64,000 nucleotides of DNA from Eubacterium sp. (GCA_017514345.1 JAFWKC010000041.1:326-64325); one strand, 5' to 3'; counted from the first letter of the stretch, positions 9,224-18,917 are shown. The notes: generated from the letters alone by a model not told the origin. A program made the numbers and translations.

Positions 9224-10969
9224 ATGAAATTTGTACCCGAAACAGTTGAAAGTTTTTTTGGACATCAAAAAATACAATATACAATACCTGCATATCAAAG
9301 AGCGTATTCTTGGGAAACAATTCAAACAAAGACTTTTTTGGACGATCTTTTTGAACACAGAAACAGCGATAATAACAACCCATATTGCTATGGAAACATT
9401 TTGCTTGAAACGGTTTCAGAAGGAAGGAAATATGAAATAATAGATGGTCAACAGAGAATTACTACGATCTCCATTTTTATGAGAGCATTGTTAAATGTAC
9501 TAAACGAAAGAATAAAAAGCGGAAGCAAATTTGTTATTAGTGAAGATGAAGAGATAATAGTGGAAGACGAAGAAGACATGTACCTAAAAAGTCACGGCAT
9601 TATTAAACTTCGTCCAACAAACTATGACCGTGCTTGTTTTGACACAATTATTATTGAGAATCAAAACGAGTATAATTGCATAACTCCATCTCAGAAGCGT
9701 ATGCTTGCGGCAAAGAAGTATTTTCTTGCAGAACTTTCAAAACAAAGCAATGACAATCTTTTAGCCATATTTAAAACCTTAAAAAACTCAATGATAAACC
9801 ATATTGAATTAACTGGAAAAAAAGAGTCTGCCTTAATGTTTGAACTTCAAAACAACCGAGGAAAAGATTTGACTAATCTAGAGAAATTGAAATCTTTTCT
9901 TATGTATCAGCTTTATGTTTATAGTGAGCCAGACGAAACAGAATCAAATATAGAATATGTTTCTAATCAGTTTAATCCTATTTACAACATTGTAAACCAG
10001 CTTTCATTGCGATTGGGAGATAATGATGAGAGTTTGGTTGGCAATGTTAATGAAGATAATGTACTGATTTATCACTCATACGCATATAGCAAAAGGCATT
10101 TCGGTTACAGAAACCTAAATGATATTTTTGATGAATTCAAAACGGTACCTGTTGAAGAAAAGGTTGATTGGATAAAAAATTATTCTGTTAGTCTTTATAA
10201 TAGCTTTTCTGGAATACAACTCATTCTTAACATGAAAAATGATAGTCTGGATAAACTTAAACGTTTAAACATTCCTTATTTTGTTTATCCTTTCCTTATA
10301 AAAGGTGCTAATAAACGAGAATCATTGCCAAAACTGTTTAAATTAATGGAAGTGTTAAGTTTTCGCTACAAACTCATTAATAGTCGCGCTGATATTCGCA
10401 GTAGGCTTAACGACTTAATAAAAGATTTTGACGGCAATGTCGATTCGTTAGCAAAAGAAACACAAATAAAAATGAAAGATGCATACTATTGGGGTGACAC
10501 AAATTTCATAAATGTACTCAATGGGAATATGTATAAAAACAGTATGGTTAATTATCTTTTGTGGGAATATGAACAACACTTGCAACGAAAAGGATATATA
10601 GTAAAAAGTACTGTGAAGATAGACCGTGAAAGCATTGAACACATTTCTCCACAAACAGAACCAAACGAAAAAGTAGAATCCGGATATGAGATTAACGAAA
10701 CGGGATTTTATTCTGAGGAGTTTAGAGAAAAATATATCAACAGATTGGGTAATTTAATGCTAATCTCACAATCTCACAATTCTTCTATTGGAAACAAACC
10801 TTTCAACGATAAACTTCAATCTTATTGTGAAAACCCATTATTGAGACAACAATCTGAGATTAAAGATTTTGTTGAAGACAACAGTAATCCGATTTGGGAT
10901 TCTCATTCGATTGAAAAGAGACACAAACAAATTATTGACTTTGCAATGCAAAGATGGTCGTTTAATTAA
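9224..10969 (+). CDS. GmrSD-like type IV restriction nuclease (DUF262 + DUF1524/HNH)
   Basis: IPAYQRAYSW, IIDGQQRITT, FELQNNRGKDL, C-terminal SIEHISPQ...LGNLMLIS...NSSIGN; AT-rich. Confidence 0.85.
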   Translation: MKFVPETVESFFGHQKIQYTIPAYQRAYSWETIQTKTFLDDLFEHRNSDNNNPYCYGNILLETVSEGRKYEIIDGQQRITTISIFMRALLNVLNERIKSGSKFVISEDEEIIVEDEEDMYLKSHGIIKLRPTNYDRACFDTIIIENQNEYNCITPSQKRMLAAKKYFLAELSKQSNDNLLAIFKTLKNSMINHIELTGKKESALMFELQNNRGKDLTNLEKLKSFLMYQLYVYSEPDETESNIEYVSNQFNPIYNIVNQLSLRLGDNDESLVGNVNEDNVLIYHSYAYSKRHFGYRNLNDIFDEFKTVPVEEKVDWIKNYSVSLYNSFSGIQLILNMKNDSLDKLKRLNIPYFVYPFLIKGANKRESLPKLFKLMEVLSFRYKLINSRADIRSRLNDLIKDFDGNVDSLAKETQIKMKDAYYWGDTNFINVLNGNMYKNSMVNYLLWEYEQHLQRKGYIVKSTVKIDRESIEHISPQTEPNEKVESGYEINETGFYSEEFREKYINRLGNLMLISQSHNSSIGNKPFNDKLQSYCENPLLRQQSEIKDFVEDNSNPIWDSHSIEKRHKQIIDFAMQRWSFN

Positions 10970-10980
10970 TTTCAACAATA

Positions 10981-11018
10981 AAAAGGCTAATTGATTACAG
11001 AAAATCAATTAGCCTTTT
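10981..11018. terminator. Intrinsic terminator
   Basis: AAAAGGCTAATTGATT...AATCAATTAGCCTTTT hairpin after the GmrSD-like gene. Confidence 0.7.
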
Positions 11019-11046
11019 GTTATGTTTATTTAGGATAATTCACTCA

Positions 11047-11136
11047 TGTTGCCATTTTGTTGCCAAAAGCAAATTCAAAACGGCGAAAAGTGAGTGTTTA
11101 TGCGCCTTTCAGGACTTGGGGATATTATTCCCATTC
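11047..11136 (-). other. att site of island 1 (core + arm-type repeats)
   Basis: Minus strand GAATGGGAATAA (last codons EWE* of the guaA paralogue), then TTGGCAACAAAATGGCAACA direct repeat at 11047-11066. Confidence 0.65.
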
Positions 11137-12105
11137 GATTGTGGCGGATGGTTTTGGGGTGAGGTCGAAGAGGACGCGGTTTACGTTTTCGACTTCAGTT
11201 GTGATGCGGTTTGTGATGTGCTCGAGGAGCTCAAACGGTACGTTTTCAACCGTTGCGGTCATCGCGTCTTTTGTGTTGACTGCGCGGATGATTACGGGGT
11301 ATGCGAAGGTTCGCTTGCCGTCCTTGATGCCAACCGACTTGAAATCTGGTACTGCTGTGAAATACTGCCATACCTTGCCTTCGAGTCCGTTTTTCGCAAA
11401 TTCTTCGCGGAGGATTGCATCGCTTTCGCGGACTGCTTCAAGTCTGTCGCGCGTGATTGCGCCAAGACATCTTACACCGAGTCCTGGTCCAGGGAACGGC
11501 TGACGATATACCATATTGTCAGGAAGACCGAGCGCTTTGCCGACTACTCTTACCTCGTCCTTGAACAGCAGCTTTACGGGCTCAACAAGTTCAAACTGAA
11601 GGTCCTCTGGAAGTCCTCCGACGTTGTGGTGTGCCTTTACGCCGTCGCTTTCGAGAATGTCGGGATAAATCGTACCCTGTGCGAGGAAGTCAATTCCGTC
11701 AAGCTTTCTTGCCTCTTCTTCAAAAACTCTGATGAATTCTGCGCCGATAATCTTGCGCTTGTTTTCTGGCTCAGCAACGCCAGCAAGCTTGTCAAGAAAA
11801 CGGTCAACTGCATCAACGTAAATGAGGTTTGCGTCCATCTGGTTTCTGAACACCTCAACAACCTGTTCTGGCTCGCCCTTGCGGAGAAGTCCGTGGTTAA
11901 CGTGTACGCAAACAAGATTTTTGCCGATTGCTTTGATGAGAAGCGCTGCAACTACCGATGAATCAACGCCACCCGATAGCGCAAGAAGCACCTTCTTGTC
12001 GCCGATTTGCTCACGCAGAGCTGCAAGCTGCTCGTCGATAAACTGATTTGCAAGCTCGGGAGTAGTTATTCTTTGCATTGTATCTGGTCTTTTGTTACTG
12101 TCCAT
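11125..12105 (-). CDS. guaA: GMP synthase ATP-pyrophosphatase/dimerisation domains only (no glutamine amidotransferase domain)
   Basis: SGGVDSS, QGTIYPD, RQPFPGPGL, C-terminal KPSATIEWE; 326 aa with a good RBS and no upstream GATase ORF. Confidence 0.9.
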   Translation of the reverse strand: MDSNKRPDTMQRITTPELANQFIDEQLAALREQIGDKKVLLALSGGVDSSVVAALLIKAIGKNLVCVHVNHGLLRKGEPEQVVEVFRNQMDANLIYVDAVDRFLDKLAGVAEPENKRKIIGAEFIRVFEEEARKLDGIDFLAQGTIYPDILESDGVKAHHNVGGLPEDLQFELVEPVKLLFKDEVRVVGKALGLPDNMVYRQPFPGPGLGVRCLGAITRDRLEAVRESDAILREEFAKNGLEGKVWQYFTAVPDFKSVGIKDGKRTFAYPVIIRAVNTKDAMTATVENVPFELLEHITNRITTEVENVNRVLFDLTPKPSATIEWE

Positions 12106-12269
12106 AGTTTTTACCTCGCTTTATTTTTGATGGATATATTATAACAAACTCGCCTGCGCCAGTCAATGATTATTGAAGCGCAAAAGCGTTATGCTTAGTA
12201 ATTATTAATTATTTACAAAACAACCGCATTGTGATATACTTATTATATATAAAAGACTGGAGTACATTT

Positions 12270-12446
12270 ATGAGCTTGCCAAAGGACGCCGCAATTCTGT
12301 TCGGTATAATTAATATGAAGCTTCGCGATTTTTATCCTTCGCTTGACGCGCTTTGCGAGGATTTGCAGGAAGACAGAAATGAAATCGAACAAATCCTCGG
12401 TGAGGCAGGCTTTGAATATGACGAAAAAGCAAACTGCTTTAAATAA
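12270..12446 (+). CDS. DUF4250-like small protein
   Basis: LPKDAAILFGIINMKLRDFYPSLDALCED...GFEYD; start reset to the ATG after GGAG. Confidence 0.75.
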   Translation: MSLPKDAAILFGIINMKLRDFYPSLDALCEDLQEDRNEIEQILGEAGFEYDEKANCFK

Positions 12447-12454
12447 GGAATAAT

Positions 12455-13153
12455 ATGGACGACAAACTTAGTAGAAAAGGACACAGACAAAGAGTCAAGG
12501 ACGCATATCTGAAGGGCTCTCTTGAAACTATGCCCGACCACAACTTGCTCGAGCTTGTGCTGTTTTACGCAATTCCGCAAAAGGACGTTAAGCCGCTTTC
12601 GTATACGCTGATAAATCATTTCGGCAGTCTTGACAAGGTGTTCAATGCAAGCATTGAAGATTTGATGATGGTCGACGGAGTAAAGGAGCATACGGCGATT
12701 TTGCTGTCGCTTTTTAAAAGCGTTAATATGCGGATAAGCCAAAACAACGCAAACGAAGAAATTAAGCTGAGCTCGTTTGAAAAAATCAGCGAATTTGCCG
12801 CAAATATGCTAAAGGACCAGAAGGTTGAAAACTTTTTGGTAATCACGGTTGCAAGCGACGACACGATTATTAATTCGCGAATCGTATCAAAAGGTGATGT
12901 GAAAACTACGGGTCTGAAGAAAAAGCAGCTTGCGGAGCTTGCAATACGTGACAACGCGGCAGGCATAATACTGGCTCACAATCACCCTCAGGGCTCACCT
13001 AACCCGTCGACTGCAGACATCCATATGACGCAGAACGCCTGTTCCTTTATGCGCGAGATTGGACTGTCAGTCATAGACCACGTTATTGTGGGAAAGGACG
13101 GCTCAACCGTGTCGCTCAAAAGCGATATAAAATACGCTCAATACTTTCCGTAA
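12455..13153 (+). CDS. radC: RadC/JAB-domain protein
   Basis: GHRQR, N-terminal HhH region, HNHPQG...S..D JAB motif. Confidence 0.85.
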   Translation: MDDKLSRKGHRQRVKDAYLKGSLETMPDHNLLELVLFYAIPQKDVKPLSYTLINHFGSLDKVFNASIEDLMMVDGVKEHTAILLSLFKSVNMRISQNNANEEIKLSSFEKISEFAANMLKDQKVENFLVITVASDDTIINSRIVSKGDVKTTGLKKKQLAELAIRDNAAGIILAHNHPQGSPNPSTADIHMTQNACSFMREIGLSVIDHVIVGKDGSTVSLKSDIKYAQYFP

Positions 13154-13157
13154 TGAA

Positions 13158-13482
13158 AGAGCTATCTCTGCGAGATAGCCCTCAGACTGTCGAAAAAGGG
13201 CATAACCGCGCCGAATATAGTAAAATTTTACAGTTTCGGCTTGTAGGTGGCGACGACCTCGGCGCCCCGCTAATTAAACAACCAATCTTTTGAAAAGTGC
13301 CGTGAACTCAATGTCCACGGCACTTTTGGCGCTTTTCGTCTTTTGCTCGGGGGCAGTACCATCGTACAGCTCCCACTCGCAAAATACGAAATTCTGCTCC
13401 TTTTTCGAAAGCCTTCCAGCGTGTCGATATCGTATTAATAAGGTTTTTCGACACGCTGAGAGCTATCTCTGCGAGATAGCCC
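13158..13482. mobile_element. MITE-like insertion in a terminator hairpin
   Basis: TIRs CTCAGACTGTCGAAAAA (13181-13197) / TTTTTCGACACGCTGAG (13444-13460), flanked by a 24-bp direct repeat AGAGCTATCTCTGCGAGATAGCCC; no transposase. Confidence 0.65.
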
Positions 13483-13486
13483 TTTT

Positions 13487-14740
13487 TTATTCGTCTTCGT
13501 TTTTGTATTTTTGCTTTGTAATATCAAGATGACGTATGTCGATATAATCGGGAAGTCCTGCTCGGTACGGCGTTTGCGCTACGCCGCGGATAAGCGGCTT
13601 CAGATAACGCACCATATCCTCGGTAACGTCGTTGCCTTCCTCATTAATCCACTCGCGTGGAACGAGCTTTTCTGCATTTGCAATAACCTCAATTTTTTCG
13701 GTGCCGTATTCGACGCAGTAAGGCTTGTTTGACAGTCGGCGAAGCGTTGCAAAAACGCCTGTTTCGCCGTTTTCGGCAGCAGTAACGGCTACCGTGCCGA
13801 GATTAAACGCCTCGTTAACGTCGCAAAGCGAAGCGATATGCCCCGCGCTTCTCTGGAGCACCGACGGCTCAAGCGCTCTGACCTTACAGCCAATCTGTTC
13901 CTCAATAATACCTTTGAGTACTGCGCCTGCTCCGCTGAGCTGTGCGTGGCCGAATGCGTCCTGAGAACAACCACCCTCGGCGATATAGTTGCCATTTTCG
14001 TCGTGTATGCCTTCGCTGACAACTACGATAACAGAGTTGTAGACCTCTAATTTTTCCTTGACGTCGCTGATGAACTTGTCAACGGAAAACGGAACCTCGG
14101 GCAGATATACAAGATGCGGCGCAGGCATATTATCCTGACGCGCGAGAACTGATGAAGCAGTAAGCCAGCCTGCATTTCTGCCCATAGCCTCAATAATGTG
14201 TACGCTCTTGATTGAATAAATACTCGTGTCGTACGCTACGTTACGCACGCACGTTGCAATATACTTCGCCGCTGAGCCGAAGCCAGGCGAATGGTCAATA
14301 CCGTCAAGGTCGTTATCAACCGTTTTCGGTATGCCCACGACCTTGATATCAATGCCGTTTTTCTTCGTGTAATCGGCAAGCTTCTTAACGGTGTCCATAG
14401 AATCGTTACCGCCGATATAAATGAAATAACCTATGTCGTATTTCCTGAAGGTTTCAAAAATTCTCCTGTATTCCTCCTCATTATGCGACAGCTTATATCG
14501 GCACGAGCCGAGGAACATAGCTGGCGAATGCTTAAGCCTGTTTACCTCATGAGGGATATGATTGAACATTGACGAAAGGTCAATAACGTTGTCTTCAAGC
14601 AGACCCTCAACGCCGTTAATCATTCCGTAAACGGTGCCGATTTTGTCGCTCGATAAAACGTAATCAATTACGCCCGCAAGGCTGGAATTAATAACTGTTG
14701 TCGGTCCGCCCGACTGACCGATAATAAGATTTTTAGCCAT
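13487..14740 (-). CDS. Phosphofructokinase-family protein (long/PPi-type clade likely)
   Basis: GQSGGPT, IGGNDSMDT, PKTVDND, EAMGRNAGW, VSEG motifs. Confidence 0.9.
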   Translation of the reverse strand: MAKNLIIGQSGGPTTVINSSLAGVIDYVLSSDKIGTVYGMINGVEGLLEDNVIDLSSMFNHIPHEVNRLKHSPAMFLGSCRYKLSHNEEEYRRIFETFRKYDIGYFIYIGGNDSMDTVKKLADYTKKNGIDIKVVGIPKTVDNDLDGIDHSPGFGSAAKYIATCVRNVAYDTSIYSIKSVHIIEAMGRNAGWLTASSVLARQDNMPAPHLVYLPEVPFSVDKFISDVKEKLEVYNSVIVVVSEGIHDENGNYIAEGGCSQDAFGHAQLSGAGAVLKGIIEEQIGCKVRALEPSVLQRSAGHIASLCDVNEAFNLGTVAVTAAENGETGVFATLRRLSNKPYCVEYGTEKIEVIANAEKLVPREWINEEGNDVTEDMVRYLKPLIRGVAQTPYRAGLPDYIDIRHLDITKQKYKNEDE

Positions 14741-14753
14741 AATATCTCCGCTT

Positions 14754-15656
14754 CTATCTGAAATTATGTTCAATGATTTTCGTTGTCAGCTCCTCAAACG
14801 GAAAATCGAGATAAATAGTGCCGTAATACTTGTCCTTATCAAGAGGATATTCCATAAATTTAGGATTAATATACGCCGAATTGTACTTAGGTCCCTTAAC
14901 GCCGCCCGCCGTTGAGGTGTAATCAATAACGTACTGACCGTCAAACGGCTTCATCGAATCAAGAAACGGCTTCAGGCACTCCTCCCATCGTTCCTCTGGC
15001 TTGTACTTAAATCTGTCCTGAATAATGAATACTGCGTCGTCAAGCGATTTAGTTTCAAGCACGAGAGGTTCAGGAACTGCCGTGTCCTGCTCAATCCATT
15101 CTGAAAAATCAAGCCCTGTGTTCATATCGTTGAAGTCGCTGTTTTCTTCGTCCATTTTACATCGGCGAAGCAGAACCACCTTGCCCCTTGCCTCATCAAG
15201 AGTAGGCACGCGGTTTTCAAGAAACCACTTTTCTTCATTGCCCTTGATATAGTAATAAAACAAGGCGTTAAAGCACCTTTCACGTTCCTTGTTTGAGTCG
15301 TTTTTGAATTGGAACACAACCGTTTCGCTCGGGTTTTCGTCTAAAAACCTGTAAACGAGGCGAAGCACGTCGCCGAGCTCAAGCTGTCTGCCTGCTCTGC
15401 TCGGTGCAATAAACGCTTTTGCGTATCCGTGTACCATACCGAGCTCGTCGCCGAGCGGCTCCACTCTGATATCAAGCGCGCGTATGCCCATACACAGCTG
15501 TTCGTATATGTCTTCGTCCTGACACTTTGAGATGTGCGGAAGCTGAACGTACTGAGTTACGCAATCGTGAGTTCCTGGAATTGTATAAAGAAAAAGCTTT
15601 TTATTGCCGTCAAGCTCCTTCATCCAGCTTTTTAAATCAATAGTCATTTTTGCCAC
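14754..15656 (-). CDS. PI-specific phospholipase C X-domain protein (no signal peptide)
   Basis: IPGTHD, EQLCMGIRALDIR, second His in MVHG. Confidence 0.8.
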   Translation of the reverse strand: MAKMTIDLKSWMKELDGNKKLFLYTIPGTHDCVTQYVQLPHISKCQDEDIYEQLCMGIRALDIRVEPLGDELGMVHGYAKAFIAPSRAGRQLELGDVLRLVYRFLDENPSETVVFQFKNDSNKERERCFNALFYYYIKGNEEKWFLENRVPTLDEARGKVVLLRRCKMDEENSDFNDMNTGLDFSEWIEQDTAVPEPLVLETKSLDDAVFIIQDRFKYKPEERWEECLKPFLDSMKPFDGQYVIDYTSTAGGVKGPKYNSAYINPKFMEYPLDKDKYYGTIYLDFPFEELTTKIIEHNFR

Positions 15657-15751
15657 CTGAAAAAATAATATAAAAAATTATAACATTTTTGCGTCGTTTA
15701 TTCAATAGTGTGATATAATAAATAATATATTTCGGCGAAGAAGGCGTTATT

Positions 15752-16189
15752 ATGTTGCTTTTTGAAAAAACAGGCGTTGTCACAAGCGCAGACGACAAAA
15801 CGAATATTCCGTTTTCATTTAAAGTTCCCGAGGGTGTCAAAGCACTCCGAATTAAGTATTCATACAATCCAAAAGAGGTCGAAAACGAGGCAGAAGCGCA
15901 CCGTCAGATTGAAGACGCTATGCACAAATATGGAGTAACGGATTTTGATACTGAAAAGTATATGCCTGTAAAAAACCTGATTACTCTCTCCTTTGACGAA
16001 AACGGAAAATACCGCGGCGCGTGTCACAGACAGCCTAACAGACAGCTTGTCACTATTGCTGAGGAAAACAGCACGCCTGGTATTATTAATAAGCCGATAG
16101 AAGCAGGCGATTGGGACATTGTGCTTAACGTTCACTATGCAGGCTGTGACGTTAACTATTCAATTGAAATCGAGGGAATAAACGTATGA
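15752..16189 (+). CDS. Hypothetical beta-sandwich protein coupled to the downstream hydrolase
   Basis: 145 aa; ATGA overlap with the next gene. Confidence 0.55.
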   Translation: MLLFEKTGVVTSADDKTNIPFSFKVPEGVKALRIKYSYNPKEVENEAEAHRQIEDAMHKYGVTDFDTEKYMPVKNLITLSFDENGKYRGACHRQPNRQLVTIAEENSTPGIINKPIEAGDWDIVLNVHYAGCDVNYSIEIEGINV

Positions 16190-17127
16190 GATATTATCCG
16201 TGTGAGCTTCATTGTCATACCGTACACAGCGACGGCGGATTTACCGTAAATGCGCTGCAGACCTCGGCTAAGGAAAACGGGCTTTCGCTGATTGCGCTGA
16301 CTGACCATAATACGCAAAGCGGCTTCAGCGAGCTTGACGATACAATTATTCCCGTGCTTCGCGGAATAGAGTGGACGACGTATTTCGGCCATATGCTCGT
16401 GCTCGGCGCCGACGGCTTTGTCGACTGGCGCGATGCCGTGCCTGACAATATTGATGAAAAAATCGCAGAGGTTAAAAATCAGAACGGACTTGTAGGCGTT
16501 GCTCATCCGTTTCAGCTCGGCTCGCCTATGTGTACGGGCGGAAGATGGGAATTTAACGTAGGCGACTGGTCAAAGGTGGATTACGTAGAAATCTGGCATA
16601 TGGCTTTTTCGCACGACAACGTCGAAAACCGTCTTGCGACTGAGTTCTGGACGAGTCTGCTCGACAAGGGCTATCGTCTTGCGGCGACGAACGGCAAGGA
16701 TTGGCACCGTCCCGTTGAAGGTCATTTCGGTTGTACGTATCTTCTTATGGACGAGCCGACTCCTGACGCTGCAAAGGATGCAATAAAGAACGGCAGAACT
16801 GTCGTTTCGAGTGGTGCGAAGTTCTTTTTTACTGCTGATGTTTTGGGAAAGGAATACGTTATCGGCGACACAGTTCCGAACGGTGACGCTGTATTTAAGG
16901 TGTACACCGACATTTATTCACGCCGCGAATTCTGCAACGAGGATATTGTATACAAGGAAATAAGAATTGTTACAAACGGCGGAAAATGCGCCGCAAAAGC
17001 AAGCCTTACCGACAGCGCAGTTAATGTTAAGCTCAACAGCGGCTGCTGGTACAGGGCTGAGCTATGGGGAGCATACGGCGGAAACGAGGTAATGCTCGCC
17101 GTTACCTCGCCGATTTATGCAAAATAA
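16186..17127 (+). CDS. PHP-domain (CehA/McbA-like) metallohydrolase
   Basis: ELHCHTVHSDG, LTDHN, GIEWTTYFGH, AHP, DWH motifs. Confidence 0.8.
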   Translation: MRYYPCELHCHTVHSDGGFTVNALQTSAKENGLSLIALTDHNTQSGFSELDDTIIPVLRGIEWTTYFGHMLVLGADGFVDWRDAVPDNIDEKIAEVKNQNGLVGVAHPFQLGSPMCTGGRWEFNVGDWSKVDYVEIWHMAFSHDNVENRLATEFWTSLLDKGYRLAATNGKDWHRPVEGHFGCTYLLMDEPTPDAAKDAIKNGRTVVSSGAKFFFTADVLGKEYVIGDTVPNGDAVFKVYTDIYSRREFCNEDIVYKEIRIVTNGGKCAAKASLTDSAVNVKLNSGCWYRAELWGAYGGNEVMLAVTSPIYAK

Positions 17128-17187
17128 TCTTGTATTCTCAACGCTAATTGACTATAATAATGATATTATTCTTGGAGGACGTATCAT

Positions 17188-18714
17188 ATGGAAAAAATTC
17201 TTGTTCTTGATTTCGGCGGACAGTATAATCAGCTGATTGCAAGACGCGTGCGCGACCACAGAGTTTATGCGGAAATTCTGCCCTACACCGCGCCGCTTGA
17301 GGACATAAAAAAAGAAAAATACAAGGGTATCATTTTTACAGGCGGACCGAACTCGGTTTTTGATATGAGCTCACCGCACTACACAAAGGATATCCTTGAC
17401 ATCGGCGTTCCCGTACTCGGCATTTGCTACGGCTGTCAGCTCATTTCGTGGATGGCAGGCGGCGAGGTAAAGACAGCGCCTGTCAGTGAATACGGCAAAA
17501 TCGAGCTGACTCACAGCGACTCACCGCTTTTCAGAAACATTCCGACAAGCTCCGTTGCATGGATGAGTCACACCGACTACATATCAAATCCGCCGCAGGG
17601 TTATGAGATTATCGCCAAAACAGACGACTGTCCCTGCGCCGCGATGCAGAATGAAAAGAAGGGCATTTACGCCGTTCAGTTTCACCCCGAGGTTACTCAC
17701 AGCGAATACGGCGACCAGTTGCTTTACAATTTCCTTTACGAGGTGTGCAAGTGTAAGGGCGACTGGGTAATGGACAGCTTTATTGACGACACCGTCAGGA
17801 AGCTTCGTGAACAAATCGGCGACAAGAACGTAATACTCGGACTGTCGGGCGGCGTTGACAGCTCAGTTGCCGCAGGACTGCTGTCAAAGGCAGTCGGCAA
17901 ACAGCTCACCTGTGTTTTCGTTGACCAGGGACTTATGCGCAAGGATGAGGGCGACACAGTTGAAAACACCTTTACAAAGATGTTCGATATGAACTTTGTT
18001 CGCGTAAACTGCGGCGAGCATTTTATGCAGAAGCTCAGGGGCGTAACTGACCCCGAGGAAAAGCGGAAGATTATCGGCACCGAGTTTTTCAATGTTTTCT
18101 GGGACGAAATCAGAAAGCAAAACGACAAAGGCTTCTTTGCACAGGGTACAATTTATCCCGACTGCATAGAGTCGGGCAAGGGCGATGCGGACGTTATCAA
18201 AACGCATCATAACAGGGTAAAGACGCCCGACGATGTTGAATTTCTCGGCATAATCGAGCCGCTTGCAGATTTGTTCAAGGACGAGGTACGCCGCGTCGGC
18301 GAGCGCCTCGGAATACCGAAGGAGCTTGTATGGCGCCAGCCGTTCCCTGGACCAGGACTCGGCGTCCGAATTATTGGCGAGGTCACAGCGGAAAAGGTTA
18401 AAGTGCTTCAGGAAGCAGACGCCGTTCTCCGCGACGAAATGGCGAAAAACGGGTATGAAAACGAGCTCGCGCAGTTCTTCTGCGTGCTTCCAGGCGTCAA
18501 CACCGTCGGTGTAATGGGCGACCACAGAACGTACGACAAATTAGTCGCAATCAGAGCTGTCACAACAGACGACTTTATGACAGCAGACTGGGCGAGAATC
18601 CCGTACGACATTCTCGCAAAGGTTTCAAACCGCATCACAAACGAGGTCCCCCACATCAACCGCGTAGTCTACGACATCACCTCCAAGCCTCCGGGCACCG
18701 TGGAATGGGAATAA
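17188..18714 (+). CDS. guaA: GMP synthase (glutamine-hydrolysing), full length
   Basis: GATase domain (LGICYG, QFHPE) plus SGGVDSS and KPPGTVEWE. Confidence 0.95.
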   Translation: MEKILVLDFGGQYNQLIARRVRDHRVYAEILPYTAPLEDIKKEKYKGIIFTGGPNSVFDMSSPHYTKDILDIGVPVLGICYGCQLISWMAGGEVKTAPVSEYGKIELTHSDSPLFRNIPTSSVAWMSHTDYISNPPQGYEIIAKTDDCPCAAMQNEKKGIYAVQFHPEVTHSEYGDQLLYNFLYEVCKCKGDWVMDSFIDDTVRKLREQIGDKNVILGLSGGVDSSVAAGLLSKAVGKQLTCVFVDQGLMRKDEGDTVENTFTKMFDMNFVRVNCGEHFMQKLRGVTDPEEKRKIIGTEFFNVFWDEIRKQNDKGFFAQGTIYPDCIESGKGDADVIKTHHNRVKTPDDVEFLGIIEPLADLFKDEVRRVGERLGIPKELVWRQPFPGPGLGVRIIGEVTAEKVKVLQEADAVLRDEMAKNGYENELAQFFCVLPGVNTVGVMGDHRTYDKLVAIRAVTTDDFMTADWARIPYDILAKVSNRITNEVPHINRVVYDITSKPPGTVEWE

Positions 18715-18881
18715 GAACCTCGCCCGCTTGCAAAATTGCAGTGCAATTTTGAGCGGGTACCCGAGAACCTTGTTACTCACAGGCTCGTAATAATTAATTT
18801 GCATAATATTAACTCCCGAAGCCCAGCAATAACGCGGGTTTCGGGAGTTTTCTTTTTGTAGTTGATAACAATTTGATAACA
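18703..18881 (+). repeat. 179-bp direct repeat, copy 1 (guaA 3' core + three hairpins + arm-type repeat)
   Basis: Matches 24506-24684, with 3 mismatches in the first 156 bp. Contains terminator AACTCCCGAAGCCC...GGGTTTCGGGAGTT-T-tract and TTGATAACAATTTGATAACA. Confidence 0.95.
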
Positions 18882-18917
18882 GGAAATTGAGGTTAATTAC
18901 TGCGAGGTAACAGTGGC

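Larger units (their letters stand above)
1..11136. mobile_element. Integrative mobilizable element (tyrosine integrase + MobV relaxase) at the 3' end of the GATase-less guaA; left end outside window
   Basis: Integrase, excisionase-like HTH, XRE repressor, MobC-like, Mob/Pre relaxase, TnpV, AT-rich defence cargo, and att-like core plus arm repeats at 11047-11136. Confidence 0.85.

Noticed and set aside
12455-13153. radC as evidence that 11.1-18.7 kb is itself a mobile element
   Set aside because: Full-length form with N-terminal HhH region, backbone-like CCGG-free composition, and housekeeping neighbours.
18715-18860. Repeat block as a purine riboswitch or CRISPR repeat
   Set aside because: It lies downstream of guaA, lacks the purine aptamer junction sequences, and occurs only twice 5.8 kb apart with no spacers or cas genes.
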